Shown piece by piece: positions 63,811-64,000 of a stretch of 64,000 bases of DNA; the first letter of the stretch is position 1; each line of letters begins with the position of its first letter. Source of the stretch: Tubiluchus corallicola (Eukaryota; Animalia; Priapulida); contig JAQGDQ010000010.1 of the NCBI GenBank assembly GCA_030141605.1, forward strand, positions 1,302,001 through 1,366,000. The letters are read 5' to 3'. The notes beneath the pieces were generated by a model that did not search any database, was not told the DNA's origin, and saw only the letters and a list, made by a program, of their open reading frames with translations. A program made the position numbers and the translations under genes.

Positions 63811-64000
63811 TTAGCTTATATGAAAAGACTTTTAGTCGATGAATTACACCAGATTTTGCTATCAATTGGGATGGCAAATTGTAATTTTGTTTTCTTGAAA
63901 GGCAAATGTTTGTAGGTGAAAAAATTTTCGACGCAAGCTTGGAATGGTAGCTTAGTGGTTGTAACATACTGTTTATTTTCCCCCAGAAAGTCTGATGAGA

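Noticed and set aside
63950-64000. CTGATGA at the window end (hammerhead or C-box candidate)
   Set aside because: Truncated by the window edge; cannot be evaluated.

Overview
This is AT-rich eukaryotic (invertebrate animal) genomic DNA with spliceosomal introns, not a prokaryotic or phage locus. Eight protein-coding genes can be assembled from splice signals with consistent reading-frame phases. In order they are: the 5' part of an inositol hexakisphosphate kinase (IP6K, minus strand, runs off the left edge); RPS21 (5 coding exons); an intronless UBE3B HECT ligase; a two-exon NDUFS4; a six-exon clan-2 cytochrome P450; a seven-exon GH56 hyaluronidase with one GC-AG intron; a divergent two-exon LRR protein with signal peptide and probable GPI signal; and an intronless GPR61/62-like GPCR. 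Introns and intergenic DNA hold many decayed LINEs, several hAT-type MITE families (8-bp TSDs), Harbinger- and pogo-like MITEs, two foldback-like elements, HINE-like repeats and microsatellites. I found no clearly new multi-gene system. The best leads are the intronless UBE3B beside an intron-depleted NDUFS4, the orphan LRR/GPI protein with a possible nested antisense peptide ORF, and a TTCGAA-rich MITE that recurs in housekeeping-gene upstream regions. Family assignments come from motif recognition and recall, not database searches.
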